A DNA stretch of 64,000 bases from Sphingomonadaceae bacterium (GTDB lineage Bacteria > Pseudomonadota > Alphaproteobacteria > Sphingomonadales > Sphingomonadaceae): assembly GCA_041740105.1 (NCBI GenBank), contig JBGSMP010000296.1, forward strand, positions 5,748 through 69,747, given 5' to 3'. Numbering within the stretch: the stretch's first letter is position 1; each line of letters opens with the position of its first letter. The position numbers and the translations under genes are program-made. Under the pieces are notes generated by a model. That model saw only the letters and a program-made list of their open reading frames with translations. It was not told the origin of the DNA and did no database searches. This document shows, piece by piece, positions 46,532 to 57,738 of this stretch.

Positions 46532-47256
46532 CCGACAGCGCCGAAGCCGAGCAGCATCATGGCCCATGTTGCGGGTTCGGGCACCGCAGGCACCGACATT
46601 TCGTCGACATAGGTGCGGAACCCGACGTCGCGCGGCGTTGCGGCATATTCCGACCCGTTGTTCGAGAAATAAGCACTGCCCCCGGCATAGTTATTATACT
46701 CGAACACCGGTGACGTGCGCGTGCCTGAAACGTTGCCGATTGTGATCAGCCCGGATGCGCCGGGCGGGCCGAGCAATTCGGCCGTAAAGCTGAACTTGCT
46801 GCCGGGGCGGACCGCATAGCCGACGCTGGAGACGCTAAAAAAGAAAGTTGTGGCGCTATTGAGAGCGGCGTTGGTCGGAAAAAAACCAGATGCGGGGATG
46901 TCGATTGTATCGACCAGCGAATGCGTTCCGCCGAGATCGCCGTCAAACAAGGAGAGGCGAAAAGCATGGGCAGTGCCAAAAGCCGGGTTCCAGAACGGAC
47001 CCTGAACCTCGATCGCGTTCAAGATGCCTGTTACGCCTGCTGTAACGCTCTGCCCGACTCTGGCATTGACGAGCGCTGGCGCGGTGCTGCCGGGTGCGGG
47101 CGTTCTGTCACCGATCGTCAATACGACGCGACCAAGCACGGGCGGTGTCGGTACAAGCGCATCCTGATCGATTATGACGGCTGCGTTGGCAGGTGTCGAA
47201 ACAGCAAGAACGAACATCATTGCCGCTGTGATGCGGCTCAGAATTTTACCAAGCAT
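46489..47256 (-). CDS. PEPxxWA-CTERM sorting domain protein
   Basis: Signal peptide and C-terminal VPEPATWAMMLLGFGAVG followed by basic residues. Confidence 0.9.
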   Translation of the reverse strand: MLGKILSRITAAMMFVLAVSTPANAAVIIDQDALVPTPPVLGRVVLTIGDRTPAPGSTAPALVNARVGQSVTAGVTGILNAIEVQGPFWNPAFGTAHAFRLSLFDGDLGGTHSLVDTIDIPASGFFPTNAALNSATTFFFSVSSVGYAVRPGSKFSFTAELLGPPGASGLITIGNVSGTRTSPVFEYNNYAGGSAYFSNNGSEYAATPRDVGFRTYVDEMSVPAVPEPATWAMMLLGFGAVGYSVRSKKVSRVAA

Positions 47257-47355
47257 GCAAACCCCCGAAGAACTTATTCGGTTTGGTTATCATTGCGTTA
47301 GCGGTCAGACAACGCCATTTTGCGTTTCAGAATGACACAGACGATGGCCGCTGCG

Positions 47356-48285
47356 TCACAGCTGCTCGGTCAACTCCGGCACCAGCTTGAACAGATCACC
47401 GACGAGGCCGATGTCCGCCACCTGAAAGATCGGCGCGTCTTCGTCCTTGTTGATGGCAATGATCGTCTTGCTGTCTTTCATACCCGCGAGATGCTGGATC
47501 GCCCCGGAAATGCCCACAGCGATATAGACTTCGGGTGCAACGATCTTGCCCGTCTGGCCGACCTGATAATCATTGGGGACGTAGCCTGCGTCGACGGCGG
47601 CGCGCGATGCGCCAACACCAGCACCGAGCTTGTCGGCAAGCGGTTCGATGATCGAATGGAAATTCTCGCTGTTCTGCAAGGCACGGCCACCCGAGACGAT
47701 GATCTTGGCGCTTGCCAGTTCGGGCCGGTCCGATTTCGACAGTTCGGCGCTGACGAACGATGACATTCCCTTGTCGCCGGTCGAGGTCACAGCTTCGACA
47801 GTGCCGCTGCCGCCGTCGCGCGCCGCTTTGGCAAAGGCCGTGCCGCGCACTGTGATGACTTTCTTGGCATCCGACGACTGCACGGTGGCAATGGCATTGC
47901 CTGCATAAGTCGGACGCGTGAACGTATCGACGCTTTCGACCGACAGGATTTCACTTATCTGCATGACATCGAGCAAGGCCGCGACCCGTGGCGCAATGTT
48001 TTTGCCATTGGCTGTTGCCGGTGCAACGAAAGCATCATGGTGGCCCATCAGCTCGACGATCAGCGGCGCCACATTTTCAGCAAGCGCGTGATCGAATGCA
48101 GCGTCGTCCGCGACATGGACTTTGCCGACGCCTGCGATCTTCGCAGCGTCCGCGCCGACTGTGGCAACATCTTTGCCCGCAACGATCAGGTGCACGTGGC
48201 CAAGTTGCGACGCGGCAGTAATGGCCGAGAGCGTCGCGTCCTTGATGCCGGCGGCGTCATATTCGACCCAAACAAGCGTCTTCAT
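47356..48285 (-). CDS. etfA: Electron transfer flavoprotein alpha
   Basis: [35 protein letters not shown]. Confidence 0.96.
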   Translation of the reverse strand: MKTLVWVEYDAAGIKDATLSAITAASQLGHVHLIVAGKDVATVGADAAKIAGVGKVHVADDAAFDHALAENVAPLIVELMGHHDAFVAPATANGKNIAPRVAALLDVMQISEILSVESVDTFTRPTYAGNAIATVQSSDAKKVITVRGTAFAKAARDGGSGTVEAVTSTGDKGMSSFVSAELSKSDRPELASAKIIVSGGRALQNSENFHSIIEPLADKLGAGVGASRAAVDAGYVPNDYQVGQTGKIVAPEVYIAVGISGAIQHLAGMKDSKTIIAINKDEDAPIFQVADIGLVGDLFKLVPELTEQL

Positions 48286-49031
48286 GCGGCAACTCCCATA
48301 TCCTTGAGCTTGGCAACGAGGGTCGCCACGTCGGGCACCTTTATCCCCGCACTGCGCTTGGCAGGCTCGACAACCTTGAGTGTCGTCAGGCGCGCGGCGA
48401 CATCGACCCCGTAATCCGCTGGCGTCTTTTGCGCCATCGGCTTGGTCTTCGCTTTCATGATGTTGGGCAGCGAGGCATAGCGCGGTTCGTTGAGGCGCAA
48501 ATCGGTGGTAACGATCGCAGGCGCTTTCAGGCTGACTGTCTCAAGTCCGCCATCGACTTCGCGCGTGACCGTGACGATGTCGCCCGACACTTCGACTTTG
48601 GATGCAAAAGTGCCCTGTGGCCGACCTGTCAGTGCGGCAAGCATCTGCCCGACCTGATTGCTGTCGTCATCGATGGCCTGCTTGCCGAGAATGACAAGTC
48701 CGGGTTGCTCTTCCTCGACGACCTTGGCGAGCAGCTTGGCCACACCCAGCGGTTCGACCTCGGTTTCGCTGACGATCAGGATCGCGCGGTCCGCGCCCAT
48801 CGCGAGCGCGGTGCGCAGCGTTTCCTGGCATTTCTGCTCGCCGATGCTGACCGCAATGATCTCGGTCGCGAAACCCTTTTCTTTAAGACGGATCGCTTCT
48901 TCGACCGCAATCTCGTCGAACGGGTTCATCGACATTTTGACGTTGGCAAGGTCCACACCCGACCCGTCCGCCTTCACGCGAGGCTTCACGTTATAATCAA
49001 TGACCCGCTTTACGGGGACGAGGATTTTCAT
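48282..49031 (-). CDS. etfB: Electron transfer flavoprotein beta
   Basis: [33 protein letters not shown]. Confidence 0.96.
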   Translation of the reverse strand: MKILVPVKRVIDYNVKPRVKADGSGVDLANVKMSMNPFDEIAVEEAIRLKEKGFATEIIAVSIGEQKCQETLRTALAMGADRAILIVSETEVEPLGVAKLLAKVVEEEQPGLVILGKQAIDDDSNQVGQMLAALTGRPQGTFASKVEVSGDIVTVTREVDGGLETVSLKAPAIVTTDLRLNEPRYASLPNIMKAKTKPMAQKTPADYGVDVAARLTTLKVVEPAKRSAGIKVPDVATLVAKLKDMGVAA

Positions 49032-49051
49032 CTGGCGCTCCTGAGAATCGC

Positions 49052-49067
49052 TTTACGTTAACGTCAA
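49052..49067. promoter_or_regulatory. LiuR-like box TTTACGTTAACGTCAA upstream of etfBA
   Basis: Matches the TTTACGTnnACGTAAA palindrome of MerR-family LiuR. etfBA is a usual member of that regulon. Confidence 0.7.
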
Positions 49068-49101
49068 CTTACACAGCATGTGGCGTATGACACGCATGTT
49101 T

Positions 49102-50298
49102 TCAAGCAGCGCGCACTTCCGCGACAATTTTCTTTGCGGCATCACCCAGGTCGTTCGCTGCCACGATCGGCAGGCCTGAACCCGCGAGGATCGCCTTGCC
49201 CTCAGCGACATTGGTGCCTTCGAGCCGGACGACCAGCGGCACCGACAGGTTCACTTCCTTTGCCGCCGCAACGATCCCGTCGGCGATAATATCGCATTTC
49301 ATGATGCCACCGAAGATGTTGACGAGGATCCCTTTCACCGCCGGGTCTTTCAGAATGATCTTGAATGCGGCCGTGACTTTTTCCTTCGAGGCGCCGCCGC
49401 CGACGTCGAGGAAGTTTGCCGGAAACTCGCCATTGAGCTTGATGATGTCCATTGTTGCCATCGCCAGGCCAGCGCCATTGACCATGCAGCCGATGTTCCC
49501 GTCGAGCTTGATGTAGGCGAGGTCGTATTTTGACGCTTCGACTTCGGCGGCGTCCTCCTCGGTCAGGTCGCGCAGTTCCATCAAGTCCTTGTGGCGGAAC
49601 ATGGCATTGCCGTCGAAGGCGACCTTGGCATCGAGGACGAGCAGTTTGCCGTCGTCGGTAACGGCAAGCGGATTGATTTCGATCTGTTCGGCATCGGTGC
49701 CCAGAAACGCATCGTAAAGCTTCGATGCGACATTGGCCGCCTGCTTGGCAAGATCGCCGGTCAGGCCAAGCGCGGCAGCAACCGCACGGCCGTGATGCGC
49801 CATAAATCCCGTTGCGGGATCGATATCGAGCGTCTGGATCTTTTCGGGCGTGTCATGGGCGACAGCCTCGATGTCCATCCCGCCTTCGGTCGAGACGACC
49901 ATGCCGATGCGCCCTGATGCACGGTTGACGAGCAGTGCGAGATAGAATTCCTGCGCGATGTCGACGCCGTCGGTGACATACAGCCGGTTCACTTGTTTGC
50001 CCGCATCGCCGGTCTGGATCGTGACGAGCGTGTTGCCGAGCATGTCGGTGGCTGCGGCACGGACGTCGTCGGCACTGCGGGCGAGGCGAACGCCGCCTTT
50101 GGCTTCGGGGCCGAGCTCCTTGAATTTGCCCTTGCCGCGTCCGCCCGCGTGGATTTGCGCTTTAACAACATAAAGCGGCCCGGGCAGTTTGGACGCCGCA
50201 GCAACGGCTTCCTCATCCGACATCGCGGCATAGCCAATGGGAACCGGCACGCCGAATGTCGCCAGCAGTTCTTTCGCCTGATATTCGTGAATGTTCAC
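49102..50298 (-). CDS. sucC: Succinyl-CoA synthetase beta subunit
   Basis: [43 protein letters not shown] start. Confidence 0.96.
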   Translation of the reverse strand: MNIHEYQAKELLATFGVPVPIGYAAMSDEEAVAAASKLPGPLYVVKAQIHAGGRGKGKFKELGPEAKGGVRLARSADDVRAAATDMLGNTLVTIQTGDAGKQVNRLYVTDGVDIAQEFYLALLVNRASGRIGMVVSTEGGMDIEAVAHDTPEKIQTLDIDPATGFMAHHGRAVAAALGLTGDLAKQAANVASKLYDAFLGTDAEQIEINPLAVTDDGKLLVLDAKVAFDGNAMFRHKDLMELRDLTEEDAAEVEASKYDLAYIKLDGNIGCMVNGAGLAMATMDIIKLNGEFPANFLDVGGGASKEKVTAAFKIILKDPAVKGILVNIFGGIMKCDIIADGIVAAAKEVNLSVPLVVRLEGTNVAEGKAILAGSGLPIVAANDLGDAAKKIVAEVRAA

Positions 50299-50345
50299 TG
50301 GTGCCGCTCCATGCCCTGTTGCGGCAGTCTTAAGCACGGCACCCT

Positions 50346-50654
50346 TTAAGACGCAATCGCGCAACCGAGCCCTGCGGTCGTTACAACCGCGAAAATTTCG
50401 GGATCGCCGAGGCCGCGCGTTTCGCGCACGAATTCGCCGATCGTGAGATCGCCGATCCGCCGGTTGCGCAAGCCCGAAAGGCGCGACAGCTTCTGCAACT
50501 GGCCAAGGCTAAGGCGATCGACCATCCGCTGCGCCATGCATGTCGAAACGGGCTTCGACAGGCCAGCGTCGAGCAAGGCGCTGCGCACGCGCGATTCGGG
50601 TGTAGCGCAAGCCGCCACGGCCAAAAACGGCAAAACGATGATCAACGGTCGCAT
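50346..50654 (-). CDS. Small lipoprotein
   Basis: Lipobox VAAC after a hydrophobic leader. Confidence 0.7.
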   Translation of the reverse strand: MRPLIIVLPFLAVAACATPESRVRSALLDAGLSKPVSTCMAQRMVDRLSLGQLQKLSRLSGLRNRRIGDLTIGEFVRETRGLGDPEIFAVVTTAGLGCAIAS

Positions 50655-50728
50655 ATAATCTCCGGGTAAGGACGGATTGCATGAATATTTTAAGGTGACG
50701 GGAAGCTGAACGCGATTATACCGACAGA

Positions 50729-51244
50729 ATGGCAATATGGGTCGGTTTTCTTCTGTTCCTCGCAACGATCGCCTTCATGGAAGGTGTTGCTTATGTCGCT
50801 CATCGTTGGGTCATGCATGGTCTCGGCTGGTTTTTGCATAAAAGCCACCACGAAGAACGCACCGGTTTTTGGGAATTGAACGACTGGTATTTCGTGATGT
50901 TTGCGGCACCGTCGATGGCACTGTTGATTGGCGGCTTGTCTGGCTCATGGGGCGAATGGGCGGTATGGACCGGGGCGGGAATCGCGGCTTATGGCGCAAT
51001 CTACCTCGGGTTTCACGATATCATCGTCCACAAGCGGTGGGACACCGGCTATGTCGCGCGCTGGTCGTACATGAAGCGAATTGTGCAGGCGCACCGGATC
51101 CATCATGTTGTTGAAACGAAAGACGGCACAGTAAGTTTCGGATTTCTTATCGCACCGAAGCCCGAGGATCTTAAAGCCACATTGGCGGCGCGGGGCAGGG
51201 CGGGCGTGCGCGCGCCGCGCGAGGTTCGATCCGTTACGGATTAA
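50729..51244 (+). CDS. crtZ: Beta-carotene hydroxylase
   Basis: HRWVMHG, HKSHH, ELND, FHDIIVH, HRIHH, VSFGF. Confidence 0.92.
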   Translation: MAIWVGFLLFLATIAFMEGVAYVAHRWVMHGLGWFLHKSHHEERTGFWELNDWYFVMFAAPSMALLIGGLSGSWGEWAVWTGAGIAAYGAIYLGFHDIIVHKRWDTGYVARWSYMKRIVQAHRIHHVVETKDGTVSFGFLIAPKPEDLKATLAARGRAGVRAPREVRSVTD

Positions 51245-51298
51245 ATCCGGCGCTAACTCCCGTTTGTTTTCGCCCGACCTTGGGGCAGCATCCGGACT

Positions 51299-51616
51299 GT
51301 GGGACTTGTCGAAACACTGCGCGTCATCCATTTCGATCGACAGCGGAAAATCCTTGCCGTTAGCGAACATCCCGGTGATGCGATTCAAGTCGTCATGCCG
51401 GTGCGCCCGATCATCGCAGATGCGCTGCGCCTTGGCACGACCGGATTGCTTCTTTCGCACAATCATCCGTCGGGCGACCCAAGCCCGAGCCGTAACGACA
51501 TTGTGGCAACGCACCAGCTTGCCCGCGCGGCCGAAGCGTTGGGCATTCGCGTCCACGATCATCTGATTTTCGGGTCCGCCCACCACATCAGTTTTCGCGC
51601 GGTCGGCTATCTTTGA
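51299..51616 (+). CDS. Short RadC-like JAB domain protein
   Basis: HNHPSGDPSPSRND, VHDHLI, SFRAVG. Start uncertain. Confidence 0.75.
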   Translation: MGLVETLRVIHFDRQRKILAVSEHPGDAIQVVMPVRPIIADALRLGTTGLLLSHNHPSGDPSPSRNDIVATHQLARAAEALGIRVHDHLIFGSAHHISFRAVGYL

Positions 51617-51695
51617 CCGAAATCGGGTGCGGCTGCATTTCTGCGACCGCACTCGCTGCAATTCAATGCAACCCGAAAAGGAATATCGGTTTGGA

Positions 51696-54218
51696 TCAGA
51701 AGTCGAACTTGACGGCCGCCGAAATCGTGCGCCCGTTGATCGAGCGCGCCCGGACGATCCCATTGGCTGGGATCGAGCCTTCTTCCGCTTCGGTATAGCC
51801 TGCAACGTCGAACAGGTTATTGGCGTTCAGCGAAATCTGGACGCGTTCGAGAGGCCGAACCGCAACGAACGCGTTGACTTGCGTAAACGCCGGCAGTTTC
51901 AGCTGATTGCTGTCTTGCGCAAAGCTCGCCGTCGTGCCGATCGCGCTGGCGCCGACCGTGAACATGTCCATCGTGTAACTCGGCGTCAGCTTGTAGGTGA
52001 AATCGGCCTGACGACGCGGTTTCTTGCCGACCACGCTCGCATCGTTCGATGCCGTGATCTTGGCGTTGGTATATGTCCCGCTCGCGGCAATATTGAAGCC
52101 ACCCATGCGGTACGCCCCTTCGAGTTCGAGACCATAGGCGCGATAGGTGTTTGCTGACGACCGCTGGGTCGTCGCTTCGTAGCTCTGTTCCTCGGTCCGC
52201 GCCCAGAAGCCGGTTCCGTAGAGGCTCAAACCGCTGGCTTGATATTTGACGCCGAGTTCGGCCTGCTTGACGAAGTCCACGGGACGCGCGCCGGGTAAGA
52301 GCGCGCCTGACAAAGCACTCGTATTGCCACCGAAGACGAAGCGATCGGCATTGGCACGACCGCCTTTGCTGTAGCGACCGAATATCGCGAGATCGTCTGC
52401 CAGCTTGTAATTGGCGCCAAGCGAATATGACAGATAGCTGTAGTTGTAATTGACCGGACGCTGGGCCGTCAGCGGCACGATTGTCGTTTGCTGCTCGGGT
52501 ACCGAGATCACGCCGTTTCCATCGACATCGAACGATGCGACCGGTCCGTCGCCTGCAACGAAACCACGAACCTGACCGAAATCATAGCGCAAGCTGCCGT
52601 CGATCGTCACGTCGCCCGCGTCATGGCTAAGCGAGGCAAATGGCGCGCTCGTATCGAAATCGAGATTGAATGTCCGGCGGCAGCAATTGCCGAAAAACGA
52701 CGCCCCATAGGCAACCAGTCCATTGTCAGTGATGCTGCCTGTCGGGTTTGTCGGTGAAATGAACGCCGGATTGCGAACGTTGATCAGGGCCGCGTTGTTG
52801 CCCTGCGCATCGAGCAGATAGGACGACCACGTCCAGTCGATATCGATTTTCTGGCGGGACTTGTAGAAACCGGCGGTGAAATCGACTCTGCCCGAGCCAA
52901 CGTCAAAGGTGCGGCTGAGGCGCAGGTCGTTGGTAATGTTGTCGAGGCTGTTGAGCTTGGTGTTGAAGAGGACAATCCCGATCGCGTTCGCCGTTCCGGC
53001 AAAAGGCTGTCCTGCCAAAGGCCCATTTGCATAGAACAATGTCGAACCCGTAAGGGCTGGGTTGACCGTCGCGGGTACTGTCACCGGCGGCGGGTTGATC
53101 ACATTGTTTGCACTGGTCGCAATGCCATCAGCGATACCCTGCGCAGCACCTGCCGTTGCCGGGAAGGGTGAATTGAACCGCCCGCTGATGTCGGCGTAAC
53201 GAAACTTGTTGTTGACCGTCCACCCGTCGGCGATTTCGAATTGCCCTTCGAAGCCGATCGCTTTGACGACCGGATTCATGCCGTCGCGGATGTCATTGAC
53301 ATCGCGGTTGTTTTTGCCGTCGAGCGTAACGGCGCGCGTGAAATTGATGCTGTGGATCGTGTCGTTGTTCGGGCTCAGACCGGGCAATGCCTCATATTTC
53401 GGATCGGCATTGGTGCCGGTGACGCGGACGGGACTTGGCAGATAGGCGATCGCGCGATCGTCGAGATATTTGAAATTCAGCCGGAAAAACCCGCCGTCGA
53501 ATGTCTTGGTGACATTGCCCTTGATCTGGCCGCCTTTGTTGCCGTCATAGCCGGCGCGACGCGGGCCTTCGCCGACTCGGTAAAAGCCGCCGACATGGAA
53601 ATCGACCGTATCGGACAGCTGGCCGCCATATTCGGCATCGAGACGATAATCGCGGTAGTCGACGCCCAAGGTGCCCTGAATCGATCCCCCCTGCTGATCG
53701 CCTGTTTTCGAAATCAGGTTGATGATCCCGCCGGGCGAGTTCGATGCAAAGGTCGATGCCGAACCGCCGCGCACTGCTTCGACGCGTGCGACTGTGGAAT
53801 CGACGCGCAGGAAAATGTCGGCGTTGCCGAACGCGATGTCGCCGAATTCGAGGATCGGCAGGCCGTCCTCGTGAATTTGCAAGAATTTGGCCCCACCCGT
53901 CGAAATGGGAATGCCGCGCACCTGGATATTGGCATTGCCTTCGCCGCCCGAACTTTCCGACCGGATGCCGGGAAGGCTGCGGAACAATTCAGCGGCAGAG
54001 CGAGGCGAAGCAACGGCAATTGCGTCGGCATTCAATGAACTGATCGAGATCGAGCTGTCGAGGCGGTTCTGCCCCTTGGCGACGCCGGTTACGATGATTT
54101 CCTCGTTGACGGCCTCGTCGGCTGGCGCCGCGTCCTGAGCGAATGCGGGTGCAGCGGCGATAAGTGCGAGGCCAAATGCAAACCCAGAAACGCCGGTACG
54201 ATAGGTAGCAACAGTCAT
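51696..54218 (-). CDS. TonB-dependent receptor (sugar-type)
   Basis: EIIVTG, VEAVRGGSASTFASNSPGGIIN, C-terminal F. GGGAGGA RBS before ATG 54218. Confidence 0.94.
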   Translation of the reverse strand: MTVATYRTGVSGFAFGLALIAAAPAFAQDAAPADEAVNEEIIVTGVAKGQNRLDSSISISSLNADAIAVASPRSAAELFRSLPGIRSESSGGEGNANIQVRGIPISTGGAKFLQIHEDGLPILEFGDIAFGNADIFLRVDSTVARVEAVRGGSASTFASNSPGGIINLISKTGDQQGGSIQGTLGVDYRDYRLDAEYGGQLSDTVDFHVGGFYRVGEGPRRAGYDGNKGGQIKGNVTKTFDGGFFRLNFKYLDDRAIAYLPSPVRVTGTNADPKYEALPGLSPNNDTIHSINFTRAVTLDGKNNRDVNDIRDGMNPVVKAIGFEGQFEIADGWTVNNKFRYADISGRFNSPFPATAGAAQGIADGIATSANNVINPPPVTVPATVNPALTGSTLFYANGPLAGQPFAGTANAIGIVLFNTKLNSLDNITNDLRLSRTFDVGSGRVDFTAGFYKSRQKIDIDWTWSSYLLDAQGNNAALINVRNPAFISPTNPTGSITDNGLVAYGASFFGNCCRRTFNLDFDTSAPFASLSHDAGDVTIDGSLRYDFGQVRGFVAGDGPVASFDVDGNGVISVPEQQTTIVPLTAQRPVNYNYSYLSYSLGANYKLADDLAIFGRYSKGGRANADRFVFGGNTSALSGALLPGARPVDFVKQAELGVKYQASGLSLYGTGFWARTEEQSYEATTQRSSANTYRAYGLELEGAYRMGGFNIAASGTYTNAKITASNDASVVGKKPRRQADFTYKLTPSYTMDMFTVGASAIGTTASFAQDSNQLKLPAFTQVNAFVAVRPLERVQISLNANNLFDVAGYTEAEEGSIPANGIVRARSINGRTISAAVKFDF

Positions 54219-54288
54219 GACATCCTCCCGGGACATTGAAACATAAAGGCGGGCTGATACCCGTTCCAGCGCTGTGCATATCGGTTCA

Positions 54289-54322
54289 GCAATCGATTGC
54301 AAGCAATTTTGCAATCGATTAC
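54289..54322. promoter_or_regulatory. Tandem LacI operators GCAATCGATTGC and GCAATCGATTAC
   Basis: Central-CG palindromes between the TBDR and lacI genes. Same motif at 57708 and 59145. Confidence 0.8.
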
Positions 54323-54380
54323 GATAATTTCGTGCGTTGCCGCTTGCGCTTCGTGACCGATTGCGCACATTGTTGCACGG

Positions 54381-55400
54381 ATGGCCGACCTGCCCGCAAA
54401 GCGTATCCGCAATATCGCCGAACTCGCCGCACTTGCCGGTGTGTCGCCGGGAACGGTGTCGCGCGCGCTGAGCGGGGCCGGGCTTATCAGCGCCAAAACA
54501 CGCGTCCGGATTCAGGAACTGGCGCATGCGCACGGCTTTACCCCCAACGCCATGGCGCGAAATCTGCGCATCCAGCGCACCGGCGCGATCGGCGTCGTCA
54601 TCCCGCTCGGCCATGAAACAGGGCAGCATATCTCGGACCCCTTTTTCATGACGATGCTCGGCTATCTGGCCGATGGCCTGACCGAGCGGGGGTATGATCT
54701 GCTGCTGTCGCGCGTCATTCCGTCCGATGCCAGCTGGCTCGACCGGATCGTCGATTCAGGCCGCGTCGATGGCGTGATGGTCATCGGCCAATCGGATCAG
54801 TCCGACGTGCTCGACCGGATTGCCGCACGGTATCGCCCGCTCGTCGTCTGGGGCGGCAACGGGCCCGAGCTTGCGCATTGCTCGGTCGGCTCCGACAATC
54901 GCCTCGGCGGCCGGATCGCGACCGAACATCTGATCGCGAAGGGCTGCAAACGGATTGCATTCTTTGGCGACAGTCGGGCGCTGGAGATCGCACAGCGGCT
55001 CGAGGGGTGTCGCGCGGCGATGGCCGATGCCGGTCTTACCGACGGCCCGACCGTCTTCCCGGCGCATCTCGTCGCGGAAACGGCGCATCCCGACATTGTC
55101 GGCTTTCTGGGTTCGACCATCGAACGTCCGCAGGGTATTTTTGCAGCATCCGACGTGATTGCGATGACGGCGATCCGCGCGCTTGCCGAGCGTGACATTT
55201 CGGTGCCCGACGAAGTGCGGGTTGTTGGCTACGACGATCTGCCGATCGCGCAGCAAACCGTGCCACGGCTGACAACGATCCGACAGGACTTTGCAGGCGG
55301 CGCGGCGCATATGATCGATCTGCTGCTGCGCCGCATTGCCGGCGAAGACCCTGCGTCGGTTGTCATGCAACCTGAATTGGTGGTGCGGCTTTCGAGCTAA
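54381..55400 (+). CDS. LacI family regulator
   Basis: IAELAALAGVSPGTVSRAL, PNAMARNL, VGYDD, LTTIRQ. Confidence 0.94.
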   Translation: MADLPAKRIRNIAELAALAGVSPGTVSRALSGAGLISAKTRVRIQELAHAHGFTPNAMARNLRIQRTGAIGVVIPLGHETGQHISDPFFMTMLGYLADGLTERGYDLLLSRVIPSDASWLDRIVDSGRVDGVMVIGQSDQSDVLDRIAARYRPLVVWGGNGPELAHCSVGSDNRLGGRIATEHLIAKGCKRIAFFGDSRALEIAQRLEGCRAAMADAGLTDGPTVFPAHLVAETAHPDIVGFLGSTIERPQGIFAASDVIAMTAIRALAERDISVPDEVRVVGYDDLPIAQQTVPRLTTIRQDFAGGAAHMIDLLLRRIAGEDPASVVMQPELVVRLSS

Positions 55401-56068
55401 GGTTTCTGTGCAAACCAGATCGTGTGACGCGGGCCTTTGCCGTTGCTGCGGGCACGCACGGTCACTTCTTCAACGGCAAAGCCGCTGTCCGTCAGTCGCC
55501 GCGCGAACACCTGATCGGGCGCGGCGGACCAGATTGCGGCGATCCCGTTTGGCCTCAGCGCTGCGTTCAATTTTGCGATCCCGGTCATAGAATAAATGCT
55601 GTCGTTGGCCGCCCGCGACAGGCCATCAGGGCCGTTGTCGACGTCGAGCAGGATGGCGTCATAGGTGCCCGCCGCGCGTGCGATGGTCTCTGCGACATCT
55701 TCGACTTGAAGATTGACGCGCGGATCGTCGAGGCAAGCGGACGTCAACGCCGCCATCGGCCCACGCGCCCAATCGATGATTTCGGACACCAATTCGGCAA
55801 CCGTCACGCGCGCCGCGCTCGGCAAATTTGCAAGTGCGGCGCGCAGCGTAAAGCCCATGCCATAGCCACCGATCAGGACGTGCGGCGTGGCCGTGTTCCG
55901 CAGCCTTTCGCAGGTCATGACGGCAAGCGCTTCTTCCGACCCGCTCATCCGGCTGTTCATCAGCTCGTTGCGATCGAGCACGATCATGAAATCGTCGCCC
56001 CGCTGAACCAGGCGTAGCTCATTGCCGCCGGGAATTTGGGCGGTGTCGATTAGCGTGCGTGGTGTCAT
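55397..56068 (-). CDS. Spermidine synthase-like SAM methyltransferase
   Basis: ELMNSR, LIGGYGMGFTL, AILLDVDNGP. Confidence 0.85.
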   Translation of the reverse strand: MTPRTLIDTAQIPGGNELRLVQRGDDFMIVLDRNELMNSRMSGSEEALAVMTCERLRNTATPHVLIGGYGMGFTLRAALANLPSAARVTVAELVSEIIDWARGPMAALTSACLDDPRVNLQVEDVAETIARAAGTYDAILLDVDNGPDGLSRAANDSIYSMTGIAKLNAALRPNGIAAIWSAAPDQVFARRLTDSGFAVEEVTVRARSNGKGPRHTIWFAQKP

Positions 56069-56187
56069 GTTTCGGGTCCGGAAGGGGCGATGCATCCGGC
56101 GGTGCGCGCGTTACGCCGCTTGCACAATGGCCAATCTTGCTTATCGAGCTGTCGAACGCACCCTCACCGACATCGGAAGCTGTTTAT

Positions 56188-56511
56188 ATGCCGTCGTTCA
56201 AAGCGCCTACCTTTCAGGAGCGCACAGCGCTCGCCGCCAAGGCCAAGCAGGCGGCGCTCGAAAAGCTGAAAGCAAAACCGCCGGTCGACGAATCCGTTCT
56301 CGCGGAGCGCCGAGCGGCAGCACTGGCGCGTGAAGCCGCACAAGCCAAAGCCCGCGAGGAGAAAGTTGCGGCGCGGGCGCAGGAAAAAGCGGACAAGGAA
56401 GCAGCGAAGGCCGCAAAGGAGGCTGCATCGCCGGTTCTTACCGAAGCCGAGCAGAAGGCCATTCGCGATGCCAAATATGCAGCGCGCAAAAACCGCGTCG
56501 GCAAACGCTGA
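56188..56511 (+). CDS. DUF6481-like small helical protein
   Basis: MPSFK.PTFQER...EQKAIRDAKYAARK. Confidence 0.75.
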   Translation: MPSFKAPTFQERTALAAKAKQAALEKLKAKPPVDESVLAERRAAALAREAAQAKAREEKVAARAQEKADKEAAKAAKEAASPVLTEAEQKAIRDAKYAARKNRVGKR

Positions 56512-56514
56512 ACA

Positions 56515-57651
56515 CTAATCGACAATCCGGGTCGTTTCGCCGTCGAGCGCGATATGGAAAACGGGGGCTGCCGTGCCGCCGAACTGCGATCGGACGAGTG
56601 CGGGATCTTCGGCCAGTTTGCGCCCGGCCATGCCCCAATAATCGATAAAGCTGACGACCTCGAGCGTTTCGAGCACCAGCCAGCTGTAGTTTTGCGTCGG
56701 CTCTTCGGCGGGATTGGCCGCGACGAGGCCGGTCCCATTCAGCGGCCGGAAAGGTCCGTGCACGTCATCGGCCACCGCGCCGTATAGCCCGTTCGGTCCG
56801 CTCGGTCCCGTCGGCGCGAACACGTGCCGCTGCGTCGACCAGAACAAATAGTAGAGACCGTCGCGATGCACGATGTGCGGCCGTTCGAGTTCGTTGCACA
56901 GGCCGAGCGCCGAAAGGATGGGCGGCCGCAGCGACCAACCGGTCTCGTCGCGACGGATCAGGCCGATGACGCCGTCATAATCTTCATCGTTGCAACCGTC
57001 CGACCCCGTAAAAACGAGGTATTCACGGTCGTCAGCAGAGTCGCGGAAATAGCCTGGGTCGCGGAACCCTTTGATCAGCCCGGGAACGCCGCTATTTTTT
57101 TTCGTGTCGACATAGTGAAGTCCGTCGGCGGCCATAATTTCGGTGGCGGCGGACCAGTTTTCGATCGCCCGCGCGTCGGCGCGCAATGTGCCGGTCGTTT
57201 CAAACATGCGCTGTTCGAACGAAAACGGCTGTCCGGGCCTCCCAGTTGCCGTGAAATACAGTGTCACGCTCCGCCCGTCGTCGCCGAGCACAGCCGACCC
57301 TGCCCATTCGCGCGTGCCGGGCGCAAAGCTGTCGGGCAGAAGATTGCCGCAATCGGTCCATCCATTGCCACTTTGCGCTACAAGGCGAATGCGCGCTTCG
57401 CCATGCCGCAGCGCGGGATCCGGCAGCGCGCGGGACGACAAAATCATCCACAGCGTCGAACCTGCGAAATCCGCCGTCCGGCCCTCGCGATGCTGGATCG
57501 GCCACGCGTCCCATAGATCGAGCCCGGGGATGAGGGCGCGAACATCCTGTTCCGTAATGACCGGGATCGCCGGGATCGGCGCGTCGACGATGTGCGCAAC
57601 ATCGCGCGCCGTCCAAAGCGTCGGCGGCTGCAAATGCTGCGCTTCGGACAA
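56515..57651 (-). CDS. GH68 levansucrase/beta-fructofuranosidase
   Basis: LWDAWP, EWAGS, FRDP, ELERPH, GPNGLYG. TTG start, no signal peptide evident. Confidence 0.9.
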   Translation of the reverse strand: MSEAQHLQPPTLWTARDVAHIVDAPIPAIPVITEQDVRALIPGLDLWDAWPIQHREGRTADFAGSTLWMILSSRALPDPALRHGEARIRLVAQSGNGWTDCGNLLPDSFAPGTREWAGSAVLGDDGRSVTLYFTATGRPGQPFSFEQRMFETTGTLRADARAIENWSAATEIMAADGLHYVDTKKNSGVPGLIKGFRDPGYFRDSADDREYLVFTGSDGCNDEDYDGVIGLIRRDETGWSLRPPILSALGLCNELERPHIVHRDGLYYLFWSTQRHVFAPTGPSGPNGLYGAVADDVHGPFRPLNGTGLVAANPAEEPTQNYSWLVLETLEVVSFIDYWGMAGRKLAEDPALVRSQFGGTAAPVFHIALDGETTRIVD

Positions 57652-57707
57652 TTCCCACTCCTGCTGCTTCGGAAAAATCCGCTGTAACCGAGCCGCCGCG
57701 AATTTCA

Positions 57708-57719
57708 ACAATCGATTGC
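57708..57719. promoter_or_regulatory. LacI operator ACAATCGATTGC
   Basis: Upstream of the GH68 gene. Confidence 0.75.
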
Positions 57720-57738
57720 AATTTGGCGATCGCGTATT

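Noticed and set aside
47257-47340. Sigma54 promoter for the PEP-CTERM gene
   Set aside because: TGGCG is present but the GG-N10-GC spacing is not met.
51299-51616. RadC-like gene as a mobile-element marker
   Set aside because: No flanking mobility genes or repeats, and it sits in a core-gene context.
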